Source of the DNA: a virus
Length of the DNA stretch: 64,000 bases
Virus record (IMG/VR): IMGVR_UViG_3300021093_005143
Direction: 5' to 3' (one strand)
Shown: positions 19,962 through 30,126 of the stretch, piece after piece
Numbering within the stretch: the first letter of the stretch is position 1
Layout of the letters: every line of letters begins with the position of its first letter
The notes under the pieces: model-generated
Databases searched by the model: none
Told to the model about the DNA's origin: nothing
Seen by the model: the letters and a program-made list of their open reading frames with translations, nothing else
Translations under genes and position numbers: made by a program

Positions 19962-20123
19962 GTTACAAATTTAATCTACTTCATTCGTAAGGTCAAAAGA
20001 ATTTCAAATTATTTTTACCAGCTTGAGATACTTGATACCGAAATTCATCTAGTAAATCAAGAATGTGGGTGGAAAAAAATTATTTATTTTTCAAATACAA
20101 ACTATTTATAAAAAAAATAATAT

Positions 20124-20579
20124 ATGCCAGCATATTTTTTCAATGTTACAGACTCCGAAAGACAGAACATTTTGGATCAACATAAAAAACCGTATGACGG
20201 ACTTAGAACTATGGGTTGGGAATCTAAGAATCCTCAAACATTATACGTTCAAGATTTTGCAAATGATAAAATGGGTGTTACTATCAATAGCAAGGGTGAG
20301 GTTAAAGAATACACTAACACCAAAATACACGAACAAATTGAAGAACAAGAAAAGTGTGAACAATGTGGAAATGAAATGGAGAATTTGGAAGAACTAACAT
20401 CACAAGAAGAGGATTTGGATGATGTTGAGGATTTAAATCCCTCCGCTGAATTTGATTATGTTGGAGGTGCGGACAATGAAACCGACACTTACGAGGGTAT
20501 GGATGAAGAAATTTCTGAATCACTAGAGTTAGAAAGGACGACAATTATGGAAATGTTCCAAAGAATGAAAGTTATTTAA
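20124..20579 (+). CDS. acidic conserved phage protein
   Basis: 151 aa, CEQCG, TATTTAT upstream. Confidence 0.7.
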   Translation: MPAYFFNVTDSERQNILDQHKKPYDGLRTMGWESKNPQTLYVQDFANDKMGVTINSKGEVKEYTNTKIHEQIEEQEKCEQCGNEMENLEELTSQEEDLDDVEDLNPSAEFDYVGGADNETDTYEGMDEEISESLELERTTIMEMFQRMKVI

Positions 20580-21780
20580 TAAAAGGTCTATAACCTTCTT
20601 TATCATAAATTAATTTATGACCATGGATATCTAAATTCATGGTCATTTTATTTTCCACATCCTCTCTTACCATATCTCTGAGTTCTTGATGAGCAAAGGA
20701 ACTCAACTTATTCATTACAACATCGATACCCCCGAACCAAGAGCAATGCCATCCGCATAAATTATCACTGTGAAATTTATCTAAAGAATATCGATTTTTT
20801 CTTATTTCTTGTGGAGTTGTTTTTAACAACGTCTTCCATCTAACGGCTGCGGTACCTGGCCAATAACCATTATGATATCTATCAAAATCCCAAATACACC
20901 ATTTTTGTAATTGAAACCCATAATCATCCTGAGGTATTGAATTTAGGAACATATCAAGTTTTTGTGGATCAGGAATCTCGTCCAAGTCTGAAATCAGAAT
21001 CATATCATCAGGATTCAAATTAAATCTATGGAGAGACCTCAAGATTTCATTTCTCTGAAAATTCTCTCTAAACCAATGTATGTGAAGATCTTCGGGAACA
21101 TCTATTTCACTTGGTTGATAAAGAATCTTCTCGGGGAATTTTTCAATAACAATGTGGGATATTTTATCTGAATATTTTTCATATAAATGTTTGTTGAGGT
21201 CGAAAAATGCTGGCTTGAATTTCCCTGAGTGAGTTTGTTTCGATTCTACAATTATAAACTTATCTACTTTGTCATTAAGAAGTTCTAATCTCAAATCTAA
21301 AATATTAAATTCATCGTTGAACACAAAACAATCATAAACTTTTGGTTCTATAAATTTTACATTTGTTTTTTCTCTTACGGTTTCAGTAAGAGATATATTG
21401 ATAGAATTAATTTTTTTTGATTCAGAGATTACCCACTCCAAGAGGTTTTTTTTACTGAGGAAATGTGAAAATGTAAAAACGTATCCAACACATTCAAAGT
21501 AACCATGATCATTAGACACTAACAAACACGGGTTTGAAAGAAGATCAACATACCAATTTTCCATTTTCATTCTAAAGGGCTCGGTATGTTTGGAAACAAT
21601 AAAAATATCCGTAGGAGTCAAATTATATTTTTTATCGAAATAAAAAATTGATTCGTTTATTTTATTCGTAAAATTTTCTTGATCAGTTATAAAAAGTGTT
21701 TCGATTGACTCATTGAATTTTCTCAACGGGTTTTTTTCAAAATTTGACAATAAATCTATTTCGAATATCCTTTTTTTCAT
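20572..21780 (-). CDS. glycosyltransferase family 17-like protein with N-terminal extension
   Basis: YDCFVFNDE..LDLRL, IIVES, ENFQRN, ISDLDEIP, GWHCSW. Confidence 0.8.
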   Translation of the reverse strand: MKKRIFEIDLLSNFEKNPLRKFNESIETLFITDQENFTNKINESIFYFDKKYNLTPTDIFIVSKHTEPFRMKMENWYVDLLSNPCLLVSNDHGYFECVGYVFTFSHFLSKKNLLEWVISESKKINSINISLTETVREKTNVKFIEPKVYDCFVFNDEFNILDLRLELLNDKVDKFIIVESKQTHSGKFKPAFFDLNKHLYEKYSDKISHIVIEKFPEKILYQPSEIDVPEDLHIHWFRENFQRNEILRSLHRFNLNPDDMILISDLDEIPDPQKLDMFLNSIPQDDYGFQLQKWCIWDFDRYHNGYWPGTAAVRWKTLLKTTPQEIRKNRYSLDKFHSDNLCGWHCSWFGGIDVVMNKLSSFAHQELRDMVREDVENKMTMNLDIHGHKLIYDKEGYRPFIK

Positions 21781-21840
21781 AGTGAGATATTTCTTATTGA
21801 AAATAATAATATTATATTTTCGATATTAAACATTAATATT

Positions 21841-22434
21841 ATGCATGAATCAACCCCATTCATCTCAAGACATAGAAACTCCAATATAAATTACAGTAAC
21901 TACTATTATTTTACAAACGTTTTTACCCCCGTAGAACTTTTGGACCTAAATTTACTTGGCGAAAAAACTAAAAAAGAAAAGGGGGGTGTTACAGAAGAAG
22001 GTAAGATTTCAGATACTAGAATAAGTGAGATTGGTTGGATTATGCCCGATTCAGAATCGATGTGGCTTTTTAATAAATTGACCACTTTGGTTTTTGAGGG
22101 AAATGATGCGATGTGGAATTTTGATCTATTAGGATACAATGATAGTTTACAATACACCACATATTATGGGGGAGGTGGTCACTATGATTGGCACACCGAC
22201 GTAGGGCCTGGTATGGCAAACAGAAAGATTTCAGTTGTAGTTCAATTGTCTGATCCATCAGAATATACAGGAGGAGTACTCAATCTCAACGGAGGTAACG
22301 GAATGATAGAATGCCCTAAAGAAAAAAACACTGTAATAATTTTTCCATCGTTTGTACTACATAGAGTCACACCTGTTTTGACAGGAATTAGAAAATCTTT
22401 AGTAACATGGATAGCGGGACCTCCACTAAGATAA
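21841..22434 (+). CDS. 2OG-Fe(II) oxygenase (PKHD-type)
   Basis: YDWHTD...RKIS...FPSFVLHRVTPV..G.RKSLV. Confidence 0.9.
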   Translation: MHESTPFISRHRNSNINYSNYYYFTNVFTPVELLDLNLLGEKTKKEKGGVTEEGKISDTRISEIGWIMPDSESMWLFNKLTTLVFEGNDAMWNFDLLGYNDSLQYTTYYGGGGHYDWHTDVGPGMANRKISVVVQLSDPSEYTGGVLNLNGGNGMIECPKEKNTVIIFPSFVLHRVTPVLTGIRKSLVTWIAGPPLR

Positions 22435-22865
22435 GACAAGTTATTTCATCCAAAGACTTTAAGAAAATTATTCGTGAAAATGAAACTTTTCTTTTACACC
22501 TGATTGACGACATACAAAATTTACAGACAACATTTATTTCAATAAACTCAATTGAAAAAAGAAAGGAATCTACTGGAATCGATGCGGATCCTTTCGAGAT
22601 ATGGTTGAAATTTGTTAATTTAAACTATTATGAAATAGAAATGAAAGATGCTGTGGATATTATGTTGGATTTTGGGTACGACAATAGAAACATTTTCAGA
22701 ACAGATTTTGTCAAGGGCATACCGCGAATTTCTTTCCTTCCTACAATGATGATAATACATCAAGGAAAAGTCTTCCACAATACACAAAATAATTGTTATT
22801 GTTTTGAGTCAATTATTGAGGGTTTGTTAAGACTGAACCCTGACTTAGTATTAGTCCCTGATTAA
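22407..22865 (+). CDS. hypothetical protein, possibly thioredoxin-like fold
   Basis: FLPTMMIIHQGK; CYC. Confidence 0.5.
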   Translation: MDSGTSTKIRQVISSKDFKKIIRENETFLLHLIDDIQNLQTTFISINSIEKRKESTGIDADPFEIWLKFVNLNYYEIEMKDAVDIMLDFGYDNRNIFRTDFVKGIPRISFLPTMMIIHQGKVFHNTQNNCYCFESIIEGLLRLNPDLVLVPD

Positions 22866-23437
22866 TATTCCGTATTGAAAAAGAAAACTTGAAACAATCT
22901 TCCATCATAAATGTTTTTCCCAAAATAGTCTAAAGAGACGTGGAAGTTATCTGCTCTGTATAGGATTAGTCGGTTAAATATATTTCCAACACGATCTACC
23001 ATTTCCCATTTTGTCATGTCTTGACACTCATCCCAAGCTTCTTGTGCTTCCTCAGGTTTTTCAGTTTTGTAATCATATGATCTTCTACCAGTTTCTTTGT
23101 GTCTAAATAATCCTGTTCCTGAAGACAGAGGGGCATCTGGTGTTAAATAACAAACACCTGCCCAATCGGTCGTAGAATCTGCATGAATCCAAGATCGGTC
23201 GGTTGCAATCGTGTATTGATAAGATCCTGTATATTGATCTTCACCCCAAAAGGTTACTTTTCCAGCGTGAGGTCCAACAATCGACTGTATTGTATTTCTA
23301 AGGCTATCATTCATGAAAGAAATTGTCCTCTGTCCTGGATAGTTTCCTCTAACAGCAAATTCTTGTTTGAGGGCAAAGTCCCTTACTTGCCAAGGATTTG
23401 TGTAGAAGTCATCTACTGTAATCGAATTGATCTTCAT
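22862..23437 (-). CDS. DUF6445-like 2OG-Fe(II) oxygenase
   Basis: VDDFY.NP, YPG.R, WIHAD, FNRLILY...H, RLFQVFF. Confidence 0.8.
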   Translation of the reverse strand: MKINSITVDDFYTNPWQVRDFALKQEFAVRGNYPGQRTISFMNDSLRNTIQSIVGPHAGKVTFWGEDQYTGSYQYTIATDRSWIHADSTTDWAGVCYLTPDAPLSSGTGLFRHKETGRRSYDYKTEKPEEAQEAWDECQDMTKWEMVDRVGNIFNRLILYRADNFHVSLDYFGKNIYDGRLFQVFFFNTEY

Positions 23438-23521
23438 ACTTTTTTTTTAAAATATAATAGTAAAAATTTTTTTTTGAAATACACTTTTACATTATATTGT
23501 AATATTTCTTATAAAAAGTTT

Positions 23522-23824
23522 ATGGAAATAAAGGAGATTGTATCTTATTCGGTATTGCCTTCAGCGAACATTTTGGAGGTTGCATTTAGGACAATAGATG
23601 ATACTGACGAGCATATTAGGAATGTAGTGATAGAGTATAGTGAGGTCGCCGACTATGGTTTTGAGTTAGAAACTGAGTCAATAGATTTCTTTTTTGATGA
23701 GGAAGAAGATTTAGGAAACGATGTATCGGATTACGTGGAATTGGAAGAGGAGGAGCTTGTGAGTTTCTTGAATGAGTATTTTTTAGTAAATCCCAACAGA
23801 CTACCTGAAGCGATAATTTTTTAA
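23522..23824 (+). CDS. acidic hypothetical protein
   Basis: Likely start at MEIKEIVSY within the track ORF 23183..23824. Confidence 0.65.
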   Translation: MEIKEIVSYSVLPSANILEVAFRTIDDTDEHIRNVVIEYSEVADYGFELETESIDFFFDEEEDLGNDVSDYVELEEEELVSFLNEYFLVNPNRLPEAIIF

Positions 23825-24363
23825 GGACCAACTCTTGTTAGATTGATAATCATTATTTTTTTCTCACCAAATTTATATGATGGCCAAATTCCACTACTTG
23901 TGAGTTCCAAACTTTCCAATTTGTCCTCTGTTATTTGAAAAGTGAGGGTGTGTCTAGCATTTGTTTTTAAAACATCGGTGTAAGAGAATTGTAAATAACC
24001 TGATTGCCATTGATTGTTACCCCAAATCCAATAAGATGTTTGATATCTAAAATCCCACAGGTCTGAACCTGTTTGACTCACACCCAAATATCTTAAATTT
24101 ATGAGATCATACCCGAAGTGTAAAAATGTATACCCAACTCGGATTCGATCGAAAGGCACCGGAGCATTCCTACTCGTATCGATATAAACATCACCAATTC
24201 TGTAGGTTGAATCAGTGGTGGTGTTTTGATCAACAGATTTCATTGTTATCCTGTTGATCATATATTTTCCACTCAGGGTTACAGTTGTTCCCGCAACATA
24301 TTTCTCACAACTGACGAAAAATAATGATACGAGGGCTAGTAAAAACAATATCTTAATTTTCAT
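23821..24363 (-). CDS. lipoprotein
   Basis: MKIKILFLLALVSLFFVS-C lipobox. Confidence 0.7.
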   Translation of the reverse strand: MKIKILFLLALVSLFFVSCEKYVAGTTVTLSGKYMINRITMKSVDQNTTTDSTYRIGDVYIDTSRNAPVPFDRIRVGYTFLHFGYDLINLRYLGVSQTGSDLWDFRYQTSYWIWGNNQWQSGYLQFSYTDVLKTNARHTLTFQITEDKLESLELTSSGIWPSYKFGEKKIMIINLTRVGP

Positions 24364-24410
24364 AATTCGAAGATATGAAACATTTTCCATAACAACAAAT
24401 ATTTATTTAC

Positions 24411-24704
24411 ATGGTTTTGGATATTGATATCATAATTAACTTTCTGAACAAATTTTCAATGAATCAAAACGATGAGTTGATAGAGCAAGATGCTAAAACA
24501 GGAGGGTCGGATCAAGGTGGATCAACTTCATCAGCATCTCCAATGAAAAAATGGGAATCAGGTAGAAAATTCGGCAAAAGTTATATGAACGATCCTAAAT
24601 ATAAATGGAGTAGTGATCGAAATTTTGGAAAAACATATATGAACGATCCAAAATATAAATGGGACTCAGGAGCAAGTAGAGGACATGCAAATCCAGTTCC
24701 TTGA
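24411..24704 (+). CDS. small protein with 18-aa tandem repeat
   Basis: KWESGRKFGKSYMNDPKY / KWSSDRNFGKTYMNDPKY / KWDSG. Confidence 0.7.
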   Translation: MVLDIDIIINFLNKFSMNQNDELIEQDAKTGGSDQGGSTSSASPMKKWESGRKFGKSYMNDPKYKWSSDRNFGKTYMNDPKYKWDSGASRGHANPVP

Positions 24705-24728
24705 GATATTTATAATAAAAATTTTACG

Positions 24729-25442
24729 ATGTATCATAAAAAACTTACACCCGAAGAATCTTTGAAATTGATCAAACTCAGAATGAATTATGATTCGAAG
24801 AAAACCCTTAATGAGAATATTAAAATTGTTGAGCAAATTGATATAAGTGGCCACATCAGAGACATTAACGATGAGGTCAAAAAATTTAACTCGAATGAAA
24901 CAAATGTTATTAAAATCTTACAAAACTATAAAACAAAAGCCAACTTTGATAAATTAGCAAAGGCATATAAAGAAAAATATAATGTAGGGATTGGTCAAGC
25001 TCTTTATGATATGATCAATGCGAATGATCCAAAAGAGTCTCAGGACTTGAAAGACTGGGCCAAAAATCTTGGTATGAATGCCGAGGCCGGCAGTATTCCT
25101 GGAACTAACGGCAGATACTGGGAGTGGAAATTTTCAAGTGTAGGTTCAGGTGAAAAATCAGGAGAGTCTAAAGGCACACAACCTTCTATACCAACAGAAC
25201 TCAAAGACATCGAAGGAGTAAAAAAATTCCAAGATTGGGCCGATACAAATAAAGCTGGATGGGCTACAGGATTCAAAGAAGGGAAGTTGAATCGTGGATC
25301 AGGATATGGTAAATTCGGTCCAAGAACTTCTAAGGCTTGGAATCAATATAAAAATGAATATTTAGGTGGAAACTCGACAGCAACGGGTGAAGAGGGATTA
25401 GAAGGTGGTGGTGGAGGATCAACAGAAGAACAACCGGATTAA
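24729..25442 (+). CDS. putative virion protein with annexin-like repeat and PG-binding-like C-terminus
   Basis: NETNVIKIL...LAKAYKEKYNVGI; VKKFQDW...GKFGPRT..AW. Confidence 0.55.
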   Translation: MYHKKLTPEESLKLIKLRMNYDSKKTLNENIKIVEQIDISGHIRDINDEVKKFNSNETNVIKILQNYKTKANFDKLAKAYKEKYNVGIGQALYDMINANDPKESQDLKDWAKNLGMNAEAGSIPGTNGRYWEWKFSSVGSGEKSGESKGTQPSIPTELKDIEGVKKFQDWADTNKAGWATGFKEGKLNRGSGYGKFGPRTSKAWNQYKNEYLGGNSTATGEEGLEGGGGGSTEEQPD

Positions 25443-25447
25443 TTTCT

Positions 25448-26398
25448 ATGAAAAAGAACATATTTGAACAACCTCAACCTAATACAGGTACTGATTTAGA
25501 TAAATTGAAAAGGGCAATTGATGCTGGATGTATTGCAAAATACAAGTGGTTCGTTCCATTGACAGGTGGAAAGGACCAAAAATACCCATCATTGAGAAAA
25601 GAAACGGCTACAGGTAAAGATGTCGTAGCGGGAAAGGGCACCAAAGATGGAACTGTGTTCCTTTTTTACGCCGATGGAACTCTTAAGAATCTTAAAAGTG
25701 GTAAATCACATCCTTGGGTATGTGATGCTATGAATGTTGTACCTGAAACACCATTGGATAGGTACCAATTAGACGTATTGAAAATTATTGGTAAGCCTGA
25801 AAACGGTGGTTGGTTTACAAAACCTGTACCCTCAGAGGTAGAAATTGAAGACGGAACTTTCACTAGAGAAGATCTAAAGAACCCGACTTCAGGACAAACA
25901 AGTTTATTGAAATATAGTAAATGGTTTACTGGGTTTACTGATGATAATTTTTTTGTTTATAGGAAAGGTGGAAACATACCTAAAGTACCAACTTCTCAAG
26001 TAACTGCAACCACAACAACAACCACAAAAACAACCAATCAAGCCGATCCAACACCCTCAACTCTAAGTCAAGGATTGAAGGATCAGTTGGAAAGGGCTAA
26101 AACTGATTTTAATAAAGTTGCTTGTGAAGGACTGATTAACTCATATTTCGAAATGGCACAATTTGCAAAAACACAAGATCCAAAAGAGTTAGATGAAATT
26201 AAAAAAACTATCTACGGATGTTATAGAAAAAACATGAGAAATCTGAGTCCCAACAGTAAAGACCAATTGAGATGGCTTAGCGGAAATGAAGAAAACGCTA
26301 AAAACATACTTGGTATGAAAAAGTTCAAGCAGATTGGAAATATAAGACAAGATAATGAAAGGAGAGTTTACAGACTCGATCAATTACCATCATTTTAA
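25448..26398 (+). CDS. hypothetical protein
   Basis: 316-aa ORF with Thr-rich linker. Confidence 0.75.
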   Translation: MKKNIFEQPQPNTGTDLDKLKRAIDAGCIAKYKWFVPLTGGKDQKYPSLRKETATGKDVVAGKGTKDGTVFLFYADGTLKNLKSGKSHPWVCDAMNVVPETPLDRYQLDVLKIIGKPENGGWFTKPVPSEVEIEDGTFTREDLKNPTSGQTSLLKYSKWFTGFTDDNFFVYRKGGNIPKVPTSQVTATTTTTTKTTNQADPTPSTLSQGLKDQLERAKTDFNKVACEGLINSYFEMAQFAKTQDPKELDEIKKTIYGCYRKNMRNLSPNSKDQLRWLSGNEENAKNILGMKKFKQIGNIRQDNERRVYRLDQLPSF

Positions 26399-26401
26399 GA
26401 T

Positions 26402-27094
26402 ATGAAAAATTTAAAAAAAGATATTAGAAAGTCTCTTTTAGAGGCAAAAAAACAAAAAGAGAATAGATTAATTGAATCAAAAATTGTTCAATCAAGATTA
26501 ATAACTCTTTTAGAATCTACACCCGATTTTGGAAACTTTAAAAATTTAACATTCGAAAGACAATGGGAGATAGGTGTTCCATTTATGCAAGAAGTATATT
26601 ATCTCAAGAAACTTGGAGTAGATGATAACTTGATTAACGAACAAAGTCTTTCAAATCTTTTAGGTAAAATATTCGGAACCACTTTTTCCTCAGGATTTGA
26701 GACTATATTCGAAGCGATGATCTCATCTTTCTTGAAGAAAATGGGTGCTTCAGGATTCATAGCTGATGCAATAACATTTTTCTTTGTGAGGAACCCCAAA
26801 AAGGTTTTGGAATCGTTCTCAGATTGTAAAGCTCTCGCCGCAAACATGGGACAGGCTGTATTAGAAGCAATCCTTGTAAAATTACAGAGGCAATATGGTG
26901 TGACGGGAACAGCAATGGACTTTGTAAGAAATGCCTTGTTTGAGACAATGGAAAATAGTGATTTTGGAAAAAAACTAGGTGACCAATTCTCAGGTTTAAT
27001 CTGTGGATTTTTCTCGAGCGCAACTTCAAAAGGAACACAAATATTAAATGCAATTAATCAAACACCACCGAAACCAGCAGTAGCCACAAGTTGA
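26402..27094 (+). CDS. hypothetical helical protein
   Basis: 230-aa ORF in operon. Confidence 0.75.
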   Translation: MKNLKKDIRKSLLEAKKQKENRLIESKIVQSRLITLLESTPDFGNFKNLTFERQWEIGVPFMQEVYYLKKLGVDDNLINEQSLSNLLGKIFGTTFSSGFETIFEAMISSFLKKMGASGFIADAITFFFVRNPKKVLESFSDCKALAANMGQAVLEAILVKLQRQYGVTGTAMDFVRNALFETMENSDFGKKLGDQFSGLICGFFSSATSKGTQILNAINQTPPKPAVATS

Positions 27095-27159
27095 TATCAC
27101 AGGTTAACGACCTTTGATTATAAATGGGTGAAAATTAAGGGAGGTATTTTTGATCTTAA

Positions 27160-27188
27160 GGAGGGTGTTAATCACCCTCTTTTTTTTG
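27160..27188 (+). terminator. intrinsic terminator
   Basis: GAGGGTG-ttaat-CACCCTC followed by a T run. Confidence 0.75.
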
Positions 27189-27201
27189 TAAAAAAACTAT
27201 T

Positions 27202-28893
27202 TCAAAAAATTTTCCTTGTAATCAAATAGTCTCCAATCACCAAGATATCTAATTTTCTATCGAGGAAAGTTTTCAATGCATCGGATGGAGTTTCAATAAT
27301 TGGTTCATCAGGACCATTAAAACTTGTATTTAAAAGAACGGGTACACCTGTTTTATCAAAGAATTTTTGTAACAATTTATAAAACCTTTGATTAGTTTTG
27401 GGTGTAACTGATTGGTGTCTTGACGAGTAATCAATGTGCGTTACCGCAGGTATTTTGTCTCTCCATTCTTCTTTTACAGTGGTCGTTACAAGCATGTATG
27501 GTGAGAAGACATCAGATTCAAATATGTCTGACTGATGATCATAAAGAACCGCAGGAGCAAAAGGTCTATACCACTCTCTACCTTTTAGAAAATTGATATT
27601 TTTTTCCATCCACGGTTTTTGGGGTGATGCTAAGATGGACCTATTACCCAAAGCTCTTGGACCGATTTCAGAACCCCCTTGCATCCACCCAACAACTTTG
27701 TTTTCTGACAGATAATTGGATACGACTTCAGTCAATTTATCAAAATCCTCAAAATATTCATATTTACAATCTTCAAATTTTAATATCTCGGCTATTATTT
27801 CTCCCTTAGAGTATGTCTTCCCCAAATATGGACTCAAAAATGTTGTCTTGTCCATTTTTACTAAGCTTTGATAACCATACCAAGCACAACCTAATGGAAT
27901 ACCTGAGTCATCTGCTGGTGGTACAAAATAACAATCCTTATAAAGTTCTGATTTTATAATCAATTCATTGGAGTTGCAATTTAGAAACGATCCTCCAGCT
28001 AGACAAATATTATCCGATCCTGTGAGTTTTTTTGCCATTCTTCCGAGAATCAAAGAAGATTGTTCTTGTTCCCTTTGGTACAGACCAGCCACGTTAGCTC
28101 TTTGATAAAAATCACTATAATATCTGACCTCTGAATAGAATTCTATTAATTTTATTGAAATATCGTTGTCAAGTTCCTGAACTGAAAGTTGATGCTCATC
28201 TACAAATTTTTTATCAGCGTATGATGCTAATCCCATAAGTTTTCCCGCCGACCACCAATTCTTTTCTTTGTCATAAACTAATTGATATGTACCCATTCCA
28301 TACATTGTGCCAAGTGATCCTTGTCCTTCAGTGTTAAAAGGATGTGGAAATGGTTGCCACTTTTTGAAAACTTCTTTATATCCGTCCATTGTAAAATTAT
28401 AAATGCTGACAGACTCACCCCATGTATGACCTTCGGGCAAAATTGGCAAGTTTTCATTAGGATACCAGTTTTCTTTTCTTCGACCAAATGAATTAGTTTC
28501 CTCAATAGTGTTACCCATTGCATCAGCAACAACTACAGCACTTTTTTTAAAACCTGAAGAATAAAAAGATGAAAAAGCATGAGCTAAATGATGAGGTATA
28601 AATTTGAGTTTTTCGATAGATTGACCCAAATGTTGTTCAAATTGATCCTCCATATTAGAAAAAAATTCAGTAGAGGAATAGACGTATAGGTCTACGTCGT
28701 TATAATTTAAACCATAGTGGTTGAGACAATACTCAATACACAGTAAGGGCAAACCCTCTCCACCATTTCTAAATTTTCCACCATCATTTTTAATTCTTGA
28801 TAATCTAGATTGAGTAATACCAATCAAGATTTTTCCATCTTTAATTAATACAGCCCCTCTATCGTGTCCGGCGGACATTCCCATTACAATCAT
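27202..28893 (-). CDS. carbamoyltransferase (NodU/CmcH family)
   Basis: GHD, HHLAHA, GKLMGLA, AGG..LN, DDSG...G, GPRALGNRSILA, RPFAP, LLNTSFN. Confidence 0.93.
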   Translation of the reverse strand: MIVMGMSAGHDRGAVLIKDGKILIGITQSRLSRIKNDGGKFRNGGEGLPLLCIEYCLNHYGLNYNDVDLYVYSSTEFFSNMEDQFEQHLGQSIEKLKFIPHHLAHAFSSFYSSGFKKSAVVVADAMGNTIEETNSFGRRKENWYPNENLPILPEGHTWGESVSIYNFTMDGYKEVFKKWQPFPHPFNTEGQGSLGTMYGMGTYQLVYDKEKNWWSAGKLMGLASYADKKFVDEHQLSVQELDNDISIKLIEFYSEVRYYSDFYQRANVAGLYQREQEQSSLILGRMAKKLTGSDNICLAGGSFLNCNSNELIIKSELYKDCYFVPPADDSGIPLGCAWYGYQSLVKMDKTTFLSPYLGKTYSKGEIIAEILKFEDCKYEYFEDFDKLTEVVSNYLSENKVVGWMQGGSEIGPRALGNRSILASPQKPWMEKNINFLKGREWYRPFAPAVLYDHQSDIFESDVFSPYMLVTTTVKEEWRDKIPAVTHIDYSSRHQSVTPKTNQRFYKLLQKFFDKTGVPVLLNTSFNGPDEPIIETPSDALKTFLDRKLDILVIGDYLITRKIF

Positions 28894-28966
28894 AGGTGAA
28901 ATATAATAAAATAGTGTTACAAAATAAATGTACTTAACGATCAGACATGACTTCGAGGAAACTCAG

Positions 28967-29053
28967 TACCTTGGGCGGGGGTCGAACCCGCACGGACTTT
29001 TTCGGTCCACAAGATTTTAAGTCTTGCGCGTATACCTATTTCGCCACCAAGGT
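28967..29053 (-). tRNA. tRNA-Leu(TAA)
   Basis: Cloverleaf with long variable arm, CAAGA-CTTAAAA-TCTTG. Confidence 0.93.
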
Positions 29054-29059
29054 ATTAAG

Positions 29060-29374
29060 TCATTCTGTTTCTTCAGATATAATGGTCCCGTATTGAGACG
29101 CGGCTTTAGGATTCCTTTTCATGAAAATTTCATACGCCACCTGATATCTTCCAAGTTCGATTTGACAAGGGAAACAATCTGCGTGTAAGGAGTCGATTAG
29201 CTTTTGTAGTGAATCAATTGTATTTGCTTTAGTAATATCTCCGCCACCCAAAACTTCAATACGAGTGTTTTCGTTTAAATCCTTTTCACGTTTTAGGTCA
29301 ACGTAAGCCCACAAAAATAATAAGGTCAATATTGTAAAACCAATTGTTATTTTAGTGTTGCTGGTCATTTTCAT
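29060..29374 (-). CDS. membrane-anchored hypothetical protein
   Basis: N-terminal TM helix. Confidence 0.65.
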   Translation of the reverse strand: MKMTSNTKITIGFTILTLLFLWAYVDLKREKDLNENTRIEVLGGGDITKANTIDSLQKLIDSLHADCFPCQIELGRYQVAYEIFMKRNPKAASQYGTIISEETE

Positions 29375-29391
29375 AATTATAATTTTATTTG

Positions 29392-29880
29392 TTAATAAAT
29401 GAATGATTTTTGGAAGTCATCCCAAACCTTGTTTACAATCACGTTTTCACCAAGCAAAGTTGGGGCGAATGGTTTGTGTCTCATAGACATTTTTGCTTCT
29501 TCAGGAGTCATATCAGCTTTTTTGAGGTTACATTTGAAACAAGAGGTAACAAGGTTTTGCCAATCATTTTTTCCACCTCGTGATTTGGGAATTACGTGAT
29601 CCAAGGTTAGATGTTTACTTGAACCACAATAAACACATTGATGGTTATCCCTCTTATAAATTCTATTTCTGTTGGGGCGAAGGTTTTTCCTGAAATGTTT
29701 AATATATTTTAGTAATCTAATAATCAAAGGACGAACATATGTTTTAAAACCTGTAACAATTGGGGATTTGTCAGACTTGACAATCTCTGCTTTCCCTTTA
29801 TCTACCAAAACAAATCCTCGTCGAATGGTTGTTACATTCAACGGGGTGTAGTCAAAATTCAACACTAATACTCCGTTCAT
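29392..29880 (-). CDS. HNH endonuclease (McrA-like)
   Basis: RDNHQCVYCG...TLDHVIPKSRGG...NLVTSCFKCN. Confidence 0.92.
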   Translation of the reverse strand: MNGVLVLNFDYTPLNVTTIRRGFVLVDKGKAEIVKSDKSPIVTGFKTYVRPLIIRLLKYIKHFRKNLRPNRNRIYKRDNHQCVYCGSSKHLTLDHVIPKSRGGKNDWQNLVTSCFKCNLKKADMTPEEAKMSMRHKPFAPTLLGENVIVNKVWDDFQKSFIY

Positions 29881-29965
29881 TCCAAATTTTTACAATATTA
29901 TATTATTTATTTTTGAAAAACAAAAAAGGGTCAATTTTATTCGACCCTTTTGGTATATCACAATT

Positions 29966-30069
29966 TAGAAATAGTTTATGGTTCGAGATTTTCCACGTCT
30001 CATTGCAACCAAATTCTCATATAAACATGTTGTCTCCAAAAGACACAATATATCTTGTCTTATACTCAT
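29966..30069 (-). CDS. possible micro-ORF (about 34 aa; ends approximate)
   Basis: MSIRQDILCLLETTCLYENLVAMRRGKSRTINYF between TATTTAT (30074-30080) and a terminator (about 29925-29950). Confidence 0.35.
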
Positions 30070-30114
30070 AGTCATAAATATTATTACTAATTGTATTTTT
30101 GTAAAAGTATTTCC

Positions 30115-30122
30115 TATATTTG
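30115..30122 (+). promoter_or_regulatory. Bacteroidota -7 promoter box TAnnTTTG (representative)
   Basis: Also at 32968, 35105, 35940, 47045 and, on the minus strand, 2243, 3022, 12459, 19631, 19966, 39285, 41824. Confidence 0.7.
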
Positions 30123-30126
30123 TCAA

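Noticed and set aside
29392-29880. HNH as an intron or intein-borne mobile element
   Set aside because: Free-standing gene; no interrupted host gene or intron structure is visible.
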